NCBI GenBank assembly: GCA_951406725.2
Contig: OX597837.1
Coordinates: 43,090,001 to 43,154,000, forward strand
Direction of reading: 5' to 3'
DNA from: Octopus vulgaris
Lineage: Eukaryota
Length of the DNA: 64,000 nt
A program made the position numbers and the translations under genes. This document shows positions 14,766 to 28,046 of this stretch, piece by piece; the stretch's first letter is position 1; each line of letters starts with the position of its first letter. The notes under the pieces are model-generated. The model searched no databases, had not been told where the DNA came from, and saw only the letters and a list, made by a program, of their open reading frames with translations.

Positions 14766-15136
14766 TAAGTCCATCCCCTCCTCACCGTGGTGGGGACGCT
14801 AGCAACAGGTAGTGTCAGAGTTATGCCGTCGGGAACTTCAGCTCCTGGTAGGGCCACCCAAGGCGGATTGGTCTGACACCGAGTGGTATTAGGGCCACAA
14901 CCCGGCAGACGGGGCTCTGGTGAAAATCCTCGGAGTGTCTGTTTCAGCAACCGGCGGCTCCTCGGTCGTTCTGTCCCTGCGTCTGCGGACAATCTGCGGC
15001 AAACAGGATGTCTCCACATGCGGGATTATTGGGGACCGCTTGTGAAATCCACATATTCCCACGAAACTTCTTCCATGGTAGAAGCCGACTCAGCCCGTCC
15101 AGGGTGAATGTCGCCACAAGTACAAGTAAGTAAATA
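14766..15136 (+). mobile_element. Non-autonomous RTE-derived element (5'UTR-like sequence + (AAGT)n-type tail) nested in a SINE
   Basis: gagttatgccgtc...ggtagggccacccaaggcggattggtc resembles the RTE/BovB 5'UTR motif; GC-rich; ends acaagtacaagtaagtaaata; flanks 14705-14765 and 15137-15320 appear to be one minus-strand SINE. Confidence 0.6.
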
Positions 15137-15589
15137 ACAATGCGCTTTTGCATTCTTTTAGCCTTCAAATGATGCTACCCCATCCGGCTAGGCGAGTAAA
15201 CCCCAAATTCCACACCTGATCGAAAGCGGGACCGGAGGAACGTGAAATGAAGCGTTTTATTCAAGAACATAACGCGTTGCCCGGCCAGAAAATCGACCTC
15301 ACGATCTACCAGTTGACCCGAAAGAAAATAAAGTAGAAATATAGTACTCATATAATGTAGTTTATACTTAATAAATCTATGGTTCCGTGCTGTATTCCTA
15401 TTGACAGTCATAGCATTTTATTTATATGCATGCATAAAGCTAAACATTCTCTTCACTACAAAACCACTTTAAAATATATCTTAGTAATTGTATGATGAAA
15501 CAATAATTTTTTTATTATTATAGAAAATATACTTACAAAATACAGGAAAGTTTTATACGAGAGTGCATCATATATGCTGGAAAATACGG

Positions 15590-15621
<32 letters not shown>

Positions 15622-15667
15622 TACATACATACATACATACATACATATACATATATACATATATACA

Positions 15668-15698
<31 letters not shown>

Positions 15699-15818
15699 CT
15701 ATATATATATATGTGCATATATATAACATACATGCATATATGCATATAGATATTTTTGTATACAGTTGCTTGAAAAACGCAGACATATATAGATGCTTAC
15801 ATACATACATGCATACAT

Positions 15819-15885
<67 letters not shown>

Positions 15886-15932
15886 AGGTTGCATGAAAAA
15901 CTCAGACATATATAGATTCTTACATGCATACA

Positions 15933-15972
<40 letters not shown>

Positions 15973-16976
15973 CATTTATACATATATACATACATACATA
16001 AGCATACATATATACATACATACATAGCATATATATATATATATATCTGTGTGTCTGTGTCTTTAATATCCAATTAGCTATCAAGTACTGTAGAAGTACT
16101 ATTTTTATGAGTAGAGTAAGTACCTCTGCTACCTCGATAGAGTACTCAAACCACATTATGGAAATAGTTATAAATCGCCTTACATTTACGTCGGAAGTTT
16201 ACTAACAGCCATGCCGGATATAAACCAACCGGAAATCCATAACACGATGCACTAAAAGTGATGCAACAGCCGACCATATTGGAATTATATTTCTTTGTCA
16301 AGAGCTTCTGTCTGTAGATTGTCTTCGGGTATAAACCTCTAAGTAACGCGAGTTTAAGTACCAAATGTTTAACCAAAAATAAACATTATTATTTTTATAG
16401 CCTTATTAGCTTCTTATTCAATTCAGAAAACTACGCTGTAGACATAATCTAAAAATAATCATAGATATACAAGCTTGGCAGTGTTGTAAAAAGGTTTGCT
16501 TCCAAACCAGATGGTTCCGGGTTCCATCCCACTGGGTGGCACCTTTGGCATCTGTCTTCTACTATAGCCAAGATCGATAGATTCGATCGACTAAAATTCT
16601 TCAAGGCAGTTACACCCCTCTTAGGGCAGCATTGAGGTTTTTTTTTTACAAAAATTAGGAGGGATAATTACTCCAACAATGGCTTAAGGTGCGATCGAGC
16701 ATCTTTAAGGACGTAACTTCAACCGATCAGTGCTTTCTTATTCGCTTCTAATGCATTCAATGTGTAAGCAGAAAGGAGGCATGCAAAGTTACTCCAATTA
16801 AATATATATATATATATATATATGTATGTATAAATCTACAGGTGCAGACTGCACTGTGTTGTAAGAAGCCATATAGTTGGGGTTTCAGTCTCACTGCGTG
16901 GAACCTTCAGCTATACCCTCGAGCCTACCAAAAACTGAAAGAGACCAATCATATAAACACATACACACACGCAATC

Positions 16977-17030
<54 letters not shown>

Positions 17031-17074
17031 GTGTGTGTGTATGTATGTGTGTGTGTGTGTGCGTGCATACCTAT

Positions 17075-17365
17075 GCACTCTGTCGGTTACGACGACGAGG
17101 GTTCCAGTTGATCCGATCAACAGAACAGCCTGCTCGTGAAACTAACGTGCAAGTGGCTGAGCACTCCACAGGTACGCGTATCCTTAACGTAGTTCACTGG
17201 GAACTTCAGCGTGACACAGAATGTGACATGACTAGCTCATTTGTAATACAGGTATTAACTCATTTTTGCCAGGTTAGTGGACTCGGAAGACCCTAAATTA
17301 AAATGTTTGGCTCAAGGACACAACGTGTCGCATAGAATTGAACTCAGTACCTTATGATCGTGATT
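17075..17365 (-). mobile_element. SINE family B-related copy with CORE-like domain
   Basis: Family tail plus ctcatttttgccagg...gtggact...ctcaaggacacaacg. Confidence 0.85.
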
Positions 17366-17582
17366 TGAGGGAGAGAGAGAGAAGAGTAAGAAAGGGAGTG
17401 GAAGGTGCAGAGAGTGAGTGAGAGATAAGGTGGGAGGATGGAGACTGTTAGAAACAGGAACCGAAAGATGGAAAGCATTGAGAGAGGAGCAAGAGAAAGA
17501 GAGAGAAAATGAGAAGAGAGATATGAAAAGCAAAGAGAGGAATGTATGGTGAACGAGAAAGAGAGGATAGACACATACATAC

Positions 17583-17642
<60 letters not shown>

Positions 17643-17860
17643 TCAAACACATCCATATTTACGTATATATAACACAAATATATACACACATATACATGTA
17701 TACACACACATACGCACATATATATATATAAATGTATATATGCATATATATATATATATATATACATATACATGCATATATATATACATATATACATGCA
17801 TATACTTACATATATACATACATATATATATATATACATGTATATATACACACACATACG

Positions 17861-17892
<32 letters not shown>

Positions 17893-18794
17893 CATACATA
17901 CACACACACATACACACACACACATATATATATATATACTTATAGGCATACACTCAAACTTTAACACGCACCTACACACACGCATTTATATAAATATTCA
18001 TACACACGTATATCAATACACAGGTACACGAAGAAACACGAGCCTATCGCAAATTCACACGCATGCACACATGCCCCCTACACGCACACACACACACACA
18101 CACATGTTCATACATAAAAACCTACATACACACACACATACATACGCATGAGAATGAAGTGCAACGCTGAAACCTATAGGGAGAAAGGAAAAATAGTTTT
18201 GCGTCGCTTATTTATTATAATACAGAGACCCACCAAATATTTCTTGTGCTAATGGAGATTGTAAATTCAGCTGTTAAATTTTGTCCATTAGCTGATATTT
18301 CACGAACACCGCTTTCTAGAGTAATATTGGACGGTGTTGGCATCGGTAAAAGCTATCGGAAATAAAATAAGGCGAAGAATAAACGAGTGAATAACACAAT
18401 TCTTGCGCGCGTACGAGTGTTCGCCAGCAGCGATGTGATATCTGTTCTCGTGTTAACGGAGGCTGGTACAGTGTTTCGTTGGCAAGCGGAGACGAGCGAA
18501 TAGCGATGCGTTTTAGGATAGTGTACTTAGTTTTAAGCGAATATGGTTGTAGAGTAGCTTATGTGCGCCTATTGGAGACAGGCAGACAGATTGATAGATA
18601 GACGTGTATACACAGATAGACAAAGACAGATAGACAGATAGATAAATAGATCGATAGATAGATATATAGATATATAGATAGACAGACAGACAGATAGATA
18701 GATAGATAGATATATAGATAGACAGACAGACAGATAGATAGATAGATAGACAGATGAACAATATTGTATTAACCAAACAACTCTTATAAATGCA

Positions 18795-18821
<27 letters not shown>

Positions 18822-18825
<4 letters not shown>

Positions 18826-19054
18826 TTCTTTACTACCCACAAGGGGCTAAACATAGTGGAGACAAACAAGGACAGACAAACGGACTAAGTCGATTACATC
18901 GACCCCAGTGCGAAACTGGTACTTTATTTATCGATCCCGAAAGGATGAATGTCAAAGTCGACCTCGGCCGAACTTGAATTCAGGACGTAACGGCAGACTA
19001 AATACTGTTAGTCATTTCGTCCGGCGTGCTAACGTTTCTGCCAGCTCACCGTCT
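18822..19054 (-). mobile_element. SINE family C
   Basis: Matches 13417-13648. Confidence 0.9.
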
Positions 19055-19056
19055 TT

Positions 19057-19123
19057 TGACAGCTATTTCTAGTAAGTTTGACAGCTATTTCTAGTAAATT
19101 TGACAGCTATTTCTAGTAAGTTT
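19057..19123 (+). repeat. 22-bp tandem repeat x3
   Basis: tgacagctatttctagtaa(g/a)tt three times. Confidence 0.9.
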
Positions 19124-19629
19124 AACGACCAAATTGAAGTTTTTTTTGTTGCTCGTTAAACTTTTACCCATTACACCAAATGATCTCATTCACCTTGTCT
19201 TGTACAACAGCCCCAAAACTACACCTATTTCTCTTTATGCCATTGTTTTTATTGCAACAGCGTTTCTTGCAACGTTATTGCTGCTGCTGTAGTAGTTGTT
19301 GTTGTTGTTCTTGTGACAGGTTTTACGGCACACAACTCGCAGGTGTGGGTTTTATTATTATAAAGTGTTTAATAGAATAAGGATGAAATGTTCTCCTTTC
19401 ACGTTCAGGATGTTATCGATCTTGTGGACGCATTCATGGCTGCGTGATTAAGAAATTCGCTCACCAATTTTCTGGTTTCTTTCAAGCTGTCGGTTGCGGG
19501 GTTCGAACTTTCGTACCCTCATCGTATTTTTTTTTTCATGCTGTCGATATCAAGGGTATTGTTAAGGTGGTGATTTAGGCAGAATCCCCCAAAATTTCAG
19601 GCTCTGTGCCTTTAGTAGAAAGGATTATT

Positions 19630-19818
19630 AAGGCAGCGAGCTGGCAGAATCGTTAGCACGCCGGACGAAATGCTTAGCGGTGTTTCATCTGTTGCTACGT
19701 TCTGAGTTCAAATTCCGCCGAGGTTGACTTTGCCTTTCAGCCTTTCGGGGTCGATAAATTAAGTACCAGTTACGCACTGGGGTCGATGTAATCGACTTAA
19801 TCCGTTTGACTGTCCTTG
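19630..19818 (+). mobile_element. SINE family C, 3'-truncated
   Basis: ggcagcgagctggcagaatcgttagc...gagttcaaattccgccgagg. Confidence 0.9.
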
Positions 19819-19997
19819 GACGGAAAAAAAACTAGAAATGTTACACAAATATAAAACGGGACATAACATAGGTGTCTTTCGACTAAGGACGAATTAAATT
19901 AAGCTGGCATGTGTAGAAGGGATACAAGGGATACGGTAGGGATACAAGATTTCACAGGCACAGGTTGCACGGACAGTAGCCCAACCAAGAAAGAAAG

Positions 19998-20048
<51 letters not shown>

Positions 20049-20236
20049 AATTAAGAGGAATGACCACCAAAGTGGACTCCTAATATGCTAAAGATAGACG
20101 TCAAATCGCCTTACTACGAAGAGTGTGTTCCCAAGAAAAATTTTATTCTGGCGTTTTTCTGAAATTTTTTAATCTTCGGACTTTTTATATATTCGAAGCC
20201 ACTGGTTTTAATTGATTAAAAGCAATTTCTACCCTC

Positions 20237-20284
<48 letters not shown>

Positions 20285-20294
20285 GGAGCAAAAA

Positions 20295-20332
20295 CTGTCC
20301 GATGAACGGCAACGGGAAACTCAGAGTAACAG
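20295..20332 (+). ncRNA. Minimal type-I hammerhead-ribozyme-like motif
   Basis: CTGT-CCGATGA-acggcaacgg-GAA-ACTC-a-GAGT-A-ACAG: perfect 4-bp stem I, palindromic stem III, GUA cleavage triplet; U4>C and stem II damaged; flanked by (TA)n. Confidence 0.6.
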
Positions 20333-20454
20333 GTTTTGTTGAATTTTCTGCTGCTTTAAATAAAGTTTATATATATATATATATATATATAAACACATAC
20401 ACATATATAGTATGTGTGTATGCATGTATATTTATACAAATATAATATTCATAA

Positions 20455-20492
<38 letters not shown>

Positions 20493-21115
20493 ATACAAAC
20501 ATGCATACATGCATACGTATATACATGTGTGTGTACGTTCCTTCGATAAAAAAATAAATATCTGATTCCTTCTGGCTATATTTGAAATTTTATTGTTGCA
20601 CCGGAGCCATCAATTCGACCATTATTCATTGAACAATTTTGACAAACAATCAACGGAATAGAAAATTTTATAATCCTTCACTAGAATTACATTATATGGT
20701 TCCAGGGTTTGTTTCATTTAGAATTTGGCGTTTTAGGAACAATGAAGAATAACAACAACAAAAACAACTGCAAGATCTATAGTACGACATGTAAAGTAAT
20801 GAAAAAAAGAAAATAAGTGGCGAAAAGAAAATATAGCAAAAAAATATAGATATATGTAAAAATGGAAACTAGAAACTCTCCCAAGCATCGATTTATTTTG
20901 TCCCTCGAGCAAAGAGAGAGCGTTCAATAGTATTTTTTTGATAGAATTTTTATAGTATTTGCTCTCTTGATTTCCTTTTTCTTTATATCTTCGTTTTCCT
21001 CCTCATCTTTTTACATTCTGGGTGTTCGAAAACTATTAACAACGATTTTTTTTTCGGTGGACCCACGGCATTTATTTATATATATGTATATATATTTAGT
21101 TATCTATATATATTA

Positions 21116-21147
<32 letters not shown>

Positions 21148-21433
21148 CTCTATTACTACACCTTATATTGACATGATAAGAATGATGGAATATAAGTCTA
21201 AGAGAGCTGGACTGAATGTTGCCTGTAGTGAGTTTTCTGCGGCGTGCGATAAAAAAGCTAGCTTCCGAATGACACAGTCCCGGGTTCAGTCCCACCGCAT
21301 AGCACCTTGGGCAAGCGTCTTCTATTACAGCCTCGGGTCGACAAAAGTCTGGTGGGTGGAATTGGTAGACGTAAACTGAAAGAAGCCCATCGTATTTGTG
21401 TGCCATAAAAGGCTTGTCTGCATCCCATATATA

Positions 21434-21833
21434 TTCTTTTCTACTCTAGGCACAAGGCCCGGAATTTCGGTGGAGGGTGTCGGTCAATTAGATCGACCCC
21501 AGTACGCAACTGTTACTTAATTTATTAACCCCGAATGGATGAAAGGCAAAGTCGACCTCAGCGGAGTTTGAACTAAGATCGTAAAGACAGATGAAATACC
21601 TATTTCTTTACTACCCACAAGGGGCTAAACACTGAGGGGACAAACAAGGGCAGACAAACGGATTAAGTCGATTATATCGACCCCAGTGCGTAACTGCTAC
21701 TTAATTTATCGACCCCGAAAGGATGAAAGTCAAAGTCGACCTCGGCGGAATTTGAACTCAGAACGTAACGGCAGACGAAATATGGCTACGCATTTCGCCC
21801 GGCGTGCTAACGTTTCTGCCAGCTCGCCGCCTT
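21434..21833 (-). mobile_element. SINE family C head-to-tail dimer
   Basis: Two consecutive ccccgaa.ggatgaaa.caaagtcgacctc units, one A-box head. Confidence 0.88.
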
Positions 21834-22199
21834 ATATATATATTGCAAGCAGGGAATGAACCCATGCCATCTTCTAACAACTTGACAGGACCACCAGATT
21901 GCATCGATAACCAACAATTTTTGTCTGGTTCCCAAAGCATCAAGTGCTGAAAATGAACTTTCTTATCTTTTATTTAAAAGGGTTACAAAATTAACACCGG
22001 TTATAGGAACATAAACCTTCTCAACAAAAAGATAGCTTAAACTGTGCTCTAAATGGAGGAATAGTCAAATCCTATTTTATGGACTCAACCATGTTCTAAA
22101 ATAAGTCGAAAGGTAAGCTATTATAAACCGGCAGGAACTCTCCGGACAACCCAATACTTACCACTCAGCCACTCCTATCAAACGTATAGTAATTGCTGT

Positions 22200-22700
22200 G
22201 CGTGTGATGTCTGCTCTGCGTTTGGTTGACTAGGGCTTCCTCATTCATGTCAAACCAACTTAAGCTGCACTTTACGTTAGGTTGGCGAAAGTAGAATCAG
22301 CTTCATTGACAAGAAGACGAAAAAACAGACAAAAAAAGAACAAGAAAAACATAAAGGAAACAAAGATATCTATGAAAATATATTAAAAACTCCAATTCAT
22401 TCTGTCAATTTAATAAAGCATAAAAATAGATTGGAAAGTCTGTTAAGAAAAAGAAAATATAATTTCATAGAATATGCTCTACATTTCCATTTACAGAATT
22501 ATCAATAACTGGAAGGCAAAAATATTGTTTAAAAAAATTAGCAAAAAATACGAGCTATAAAAAAATGTAATAAAAAATAATCCACGATGTGTCGTTCTAG
22601 TTTTAGTTTCTGTTTGGTCGAAAGAAATATTGAAATACCGGGGGGGAAAAAAAGAATATAATGAATTTAAACATATGGAGGTCAAATATTTGTTATAGTT
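22200..22700 (-). other. Diverged cassette copy 1 of a local tandem family
   Basis: Three collinear blocks homologous to 24300-24870, 28570-29420 and 32570-34010. Confidence 0.6.
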
Positions 22701-22705
22701 TCCAA

Positions 22706-23200
22706 AAGCGGCGTGCTGGCAGAATCGTTAACACGTCGGACGAAATGCTTAGCGGTATTTCGTCTGCTGCTACGTTCTGAGTTCAAATTCCGCCGAGGTC
22801 GACTTTGCCTTTCATCCTTTCGGGGTCGATTAAATAAGTATCAGTTACGCACTGGGGTCGATATAATCGACTTAATCCATTTGTCTGTCATTGTTTGTCC
22901 TCTCTGTGTTTAGCCCCTTGTGGGTAATAAATAAATAGGTATTTCGTCTGCCGCTACGTTCTGAGTTCAAATTTGCCGAGGTCGACTTTGCCTTTCATTC
23001 TTTCGGGATAGATAAATTAAGTACCAGTTAGGCACTGGGGTCTTAATCCGTTTGTCTGTCCTTGTTTGTCCCCTCTATGTTTAGCTCCTTGTGGGTAATA
23101 AAGAAATAGGTATTACACCCAGCTGTATGTCCCGAGTTCGAATTTAGCTGAGGCAGAATTTGCCTTTCATCCTTTCGGGGGTCGATTAAATAAGTATGAT
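22706..23200 (+). mobile_element. SINE family C trimer
   Basis: Three gagttc.aatt...ttgcctttcat.ctttcggg units in tandem. Confidence 0.88.
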
Positions 23201-23219
23201 TTGAACATTGGGGGCAAAG

Positions 23220-23220
23220 A

Positions 23221-23280
<60 letters not shown>

Positions 23281-23449
23281 CTTATACATATATACGACGG
23301 GCTTCTTTCAGTTTCCGTCTACCAAATACACACACAAGGTTTTGGTCGGCCCGAGGCTACAGTAGAAGACACTTGTCCAAAGTGCCACGCAGTGGGACCG
23401 AACCCGGAACCATGTGGTTGGTAAGCAAGCTACTTACCACACAGCCACA
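23220..23449 (-). mobile_element. SINE family A (5' half + microsatellite)
   Basis: Matches the family A head. Confidence 0.85.
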
Positions 23450-23831
23450 AGTTTATATGGATTTATAACTAGAGTCCGAGTAGAGGACCGATTTTATTCC
23501 GCCGATTCACTGCTGTTGTCAATGATGTATTCAGATTGCGTTGAACGGTGGAAAGTAAGTTTTTCAATATTTATCATACTGAAACGAAGGGTTGAGAAGG
23601 ATATGTAGGAAAAACTGAGATTATCTCGAGCGTTGTCATGTTGTTGTGATGACACACACGATTCATGTCGACAGGAATGAATCTGAAGAACATACCAGCT
23701 CAGCTCTAAAAACTATTCCTATGTGAAATCTTACTTGAAGAAAATGTGAGACAAAAGAACGTCTGTTATAGAAGCGCATAAAATTATATTCAACACGTTC
23801 GTGTACACTCGGACAATGGGAAGAATATTCG

Positions 23832-23865
23832 CTTCTTCTTCTTCTTCTTCTTCTTCTTCTTCTTC

Positions 23866-23901
<36 letters not shown>

Positions 23902-24303
23902 TTCTTCTTCTTCTTCATTTTCTTCTTCTTCTTCATCATCATCATCATCTTCTTCTTCTTCATCTTCTTCTTCTTCTTCTTCTTCTTCTTCTTCTTCTTC
24001 ATTTTCTTCTTCTTCTTCTTCTTCTTCTTCTTCTTCTTCTTCATTTTCTACTTCTTCATTTTTCTTCTTCTTCTTCTTCTTCATTTTCTACTTCTTCATT
24101 TTCTTCTTCTTCTTTTTCTTCTTCTTCTTCTTCTTCTTCTTCTTCTCCTTCATTTTCTTCTTCTTCTTCTTCTTCTTCTTCTTCTTCTCCTTCATTTTCT
24201 TCTTCTTCTTCTTCTTCTTCTTCTTCTTCTTCTTCTTCTCCTTCATTTTCTTCTTCTTCTTCTTCTTCTTCTTCTTCTTCTTCTTCTTCTTCTTCTTCTT
24301 TTT
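23832..24303. repeat. (TTC)n/(ATC)n microsatellite
   Basis: Direct inspection. Confidence 0.95.
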
Positions 24304-24870
24304 CTTTCCGATTTCCAATGTACTTCTGTGTTCAGTGGGAGAACGAAATTAACTTCGTAGACAAATATAAAAACAAAAAAGACAAATAAACCCATCCAAA
24401 ACGAAACAAAAGCAGGGAAACGAAAAAAACAACAAAAGACAAAACAGCAGTAACGATGTAAAACTTCACGAAACAAAAGCAAAAGAAAAAAAGAAACCTG
24501 ACGACTCTTCAATCAATTTATTAAGGCGAAAAATATTAAGCAAATAAATAAATATATAAAAAAAACAAATTTAAAAATAAAAAATAAAAACAGACTGAAA
24601 AATCTCTTAAGAAAAATAAAATATGATTTCATAGAATGTGTTTTATTTTTCATTTTTCAGAATTCTATTATTCAGTATCGCTGAAAGGAGAAAAATTAAA
24701 AAATTACTAAAAAAAACCCAAAAAAAAAAACAGAATGAACCAACAAAAACTAAAACGAAACGAAACAAGACACTTTATTGTGTATCGTTCCAATTTTGGT
24801 TTTTGTATTAACAAAGAAAAAATATAGAACAAACAACAAAAAACAGATACGGAAACACTGGAACGAAATG
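24300..24870 (-). other. Diverged cassette copy 2
   Basis: aatgtactt..gaaattaacttc; aaaatatgatttcatagaatgtg..ttttcagaatt; tgtatcgttccaattttggtttttgtatt. Confidence 0.6.
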
Positions 24871-24904
24871 TAAATTCAGACATATTGAAGCTACTAAGTT
24901 GATA

Positions 24905-25190
24905 CATTGGTTTCAAATTGTGGCACAAGGCCAGCAATTTCGGGAGAAGGTATGAAGGTTTCAGTCAAGTACATCGACCCTAGAGCTCAACTGATACTGA
25001 TTTTATCGACACCGAGAGAATGAAAGGCAACGTGAACCTTGGTGGAATTTGATCTCAGAAAGCAAGGACGGACGAAACGCCGCTAAGCGGACGAAACGCC
25101 GCTAAGCGGACGAAACGCCGCTAAGCGGACGAAACGCCACTAAGCATTTTCACCGGCATGTTAAAGATTCTGCCCACTCGCCACCTTAGG
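24905..25190 (-). mobile_element. SINE family C copy with internal 19-bp x4 tandem (25070-25145)
   Basis: ggacgaaacgccgctaagc repeated four times inside the tRNA-derived region. Confidence 0.85.
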
Positions 25191-25567
25191 CTAGCTTGTA
25201 TATAAATATATATTTTATTGTTTATCTTTTACAACTTACAATCATTGGGCTGCGGCCATGCTGAGGCACCACCTCCATGGGATTTAGTCGAGCAGATCAA
25301 CCCCAGAGTTTATTTTTTAAAAATCTGGTACCTGGAAAGAAACAATGCAGTGATTGATAAGGAAGATTGAAATTAATGCACGCAAGATCCCACGACTAAT
25401 TTAGCGGGAAGTAAACAAAACAACGCCGGTTGCCCCTCGGTGGTGACGACACGTGCACAAACACACACGCGCATGTATGTATGTCCGAACTGTTTCTGTC
25501 TACCAAATTCACTCTCAAGGCATTGTTCGACCTGGGGATATAACCTATATGTACGTATACACATATA

Positions 25568-25657
<90 letters not shown>

Positions 25658-25694
25658 CACATATACGCATAAATATATATATATTTATGAATCC

Positions 25695-26005
25695 TGAGAC
25701 CTCCTTCGATCACGACACAGACCATGGGATTGCACCTAGAATGTTACCCTCCCGGTAAGTCCGGGCAAGGTTGTTTATGGAAGACCAGCAGTCGCCCATG
25801 CATACCGGCTTCGCCTCTCCATGCCACCAGTGTTATCCAAGTGAAAGGCAAAATGGCCGATGCAACTTGGCATCAGTGACATCGCAACTCATTCCTACAG
25901 CTGAGTGAACTGGAGCAACACAACACGCAGCCCGGTCCGGGATTCGAGCTCCACAACATCACAATCGTAAGCTCGACGCTCTAACCACTGAGCCATGCGC
26001 CTTCA
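25695..26005 (-). mobile_element. tRNA-derived SINE with CORE-like remnant and distinct tail
   Basis: Head tgaaggcgcatggctcagtggttagagcgtcgagc...gctcgaatcccgg. Confidence 0.85.
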
Positions 26006-26153
26006 AAAATTTAAGTTTACTGTTCCATTACTAGTAAGATGCACAAAAAAGTACCTCAATCAGTGAGAGAGGAATATTCAATATACACAGTATTTAAATA
26101 TGAGCTGGTATAAGATTCACAGCACTTAACTATTAGTAGCTCACATTTAAATG

Positions 26154-26227
<74 letters not shown>

Positions 26228-26228
26228 G

Positions 26229-26278
<50 letters not shown>

Positions 26279-26381
26279 CATATATATATATGTATATATA
26301 TATGAATATGTTTGCATGTTTGTATATATATGTATAGGTATGTCTGTATGTGTATATATATACATAAACACACACACACAC

Positions 26382-26438
<57 letters not shown>

Positions 26439-26665
26439 GTATGTATGTGTATGTGTGTGTGTGTGATTGTGCGCGTCTGTGTGAGACAGAGAGAGAGAGA
26501 GAAGAGCAACAGAAGGATGACTTTGATTCGTCGGTTCACTAAATATTCTATTCAGAAGGTATTTGAACAACAGAAAAGAAAATAAAGCAAGTTCTTCACG
26601 ATTTGATCTACGCTCATAAATCAGTAATGGAGCATTGAAAAAACAAAAACAAAAACAAAAAAATT

Positions 26666-26696
<31 letters not shown>

Positions 26697-26869
26697 GAAC
26701 TGAGACATCTTGGATAGTGTCATGTTATACACAATTCATTTCAACTTGTTTAAATTCAAAGACTCAACGCCGCTCTCTAATAATCTGTTCACTTTGAAAA
26801 TGAACTTTTTTTTTTCTAGAATTATAACGTGAGAGAAACATCATTTGCTTCTTTTTATCAAATAGTAAA

Positions 26870-27437
26870 AGAAAGAGAAGATGATGATGATGATGGCGAT
26901 GATGATCATGAAGAAGAAGTGGAGGATGGAAACGAAGAAAAAGAAAAAGATGAAGAGATTAAGAAGAAGGAGGAGGAGGAGAAAAAGTGAAAGAAGAGAA
27001 AAGGAAAAGAAGAGAAAGATGAAGAAAAAGAAGGGGCAGAGGTAGAAGAGGAAGAAAATGAAGAGGAAGAAGGAAAAGAAGAAGAAGAGGAAGAAGGAGA
27101 AAGATGAAGATGATTAATAAGATGAAGGAGAAGAAAAAACGAAAGAAGGAAAAAGAGAAAGAAGAGAAAGAAGAAGTAAAAGAAAAAGCAGATGTAGAAG
27201 TAAATGAAGAGGAAGAAGGCAAAGAAGAAGAAGAAGAGGAGGAGGAAGAAGAAGGAGCAGAAGAAGAAGGAGAAGAAAAAGAAGAATACGAAGGAGGAGG
27301 AGAAGAAGAAGAAGAAGAAGAAGAAGAAGAAGAAGAAGAAGAAGAAGAAGAAGAAGAAGAAGAAGAAGAAGAATACGAAGAAGGAGGAAGAAGAAGAAGA
27401 AGAAGAAGAAGAAGAAGAAGAAGAAGAAGGAGAAGAA

Positions 27438-27470
<33 letters not shown>
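26870..27470. repeat. Polypurine (GAA/GAG/GAT)n tract
   Basis: Direct inspection. Confidence 0.92.
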
Positions 27471-28046
27471 TGACCTCTGACAGCTTGCTAATTTTATTGA
27501 AATTCAAAAATTTTGCTATATTTCAAACAATTTTGTTTTAATTTTATTTTTCCAAAAATATTTTCACAATGGCTGCTATTTACAAATTCACAAGACTCAG
27601 CTTATTTGACTGAATAAAATAGGACTTACTATCTCTTCTCTTTTTCTTGTTTCAGCCATTGGACTGCGGCCATGCTGGGGCACTGCTTCAATGTGCTTAG
27701 TCGGACAAACCGACCTCAGTACTTACTCTATCGTTCTAATTCGCCGAGCACGTGAACAAACCAACACTGGCTGTCAACTACAAACGCAAACACAAAAGAC
27801 ACACGTAGTACACACCCGTATATGTTCCTATATACACGTCAGTTCCCCATACAGTTTCCGCCTACAAAATTCACACATAGTCTGGGACTCTAGTAGAAGA
27901 TACTTGCCCAAGGTACCATGCAGTGGGACTGATCCCCAAACCCGTGGCTACACAACAAGATTCTTAACCACAGAGGCGTGCCTATATACAAAATAAACGA
28001 AATATTTAAACACACCGCATCGTTCAACTCATGGTCAAGCAGAACA

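Noticed and set aside
23471-23560. Strong donor gaaa|gtaagt after an open frame
   Set aside because: Weak acceptor adjacent to a SINE, no homology, no partner exon.
23731-24352. Poly-E/D, poly-K, poly-S/F ORFs
   Set aside because: (TTC)n microsatellite with frame-breaking indels.
25070-25145. CRISPR-like array
   Set aside because: Direct tandem with no spacers, inside a SINE, in eukaryotic context with no cas genes; the same applies to the 22-, 115- and 176-bp tandems.
26959-27541. Acidic/basic low-complexity ORFs
   Set aside because: (GAA)n tract; no unique coding signal.
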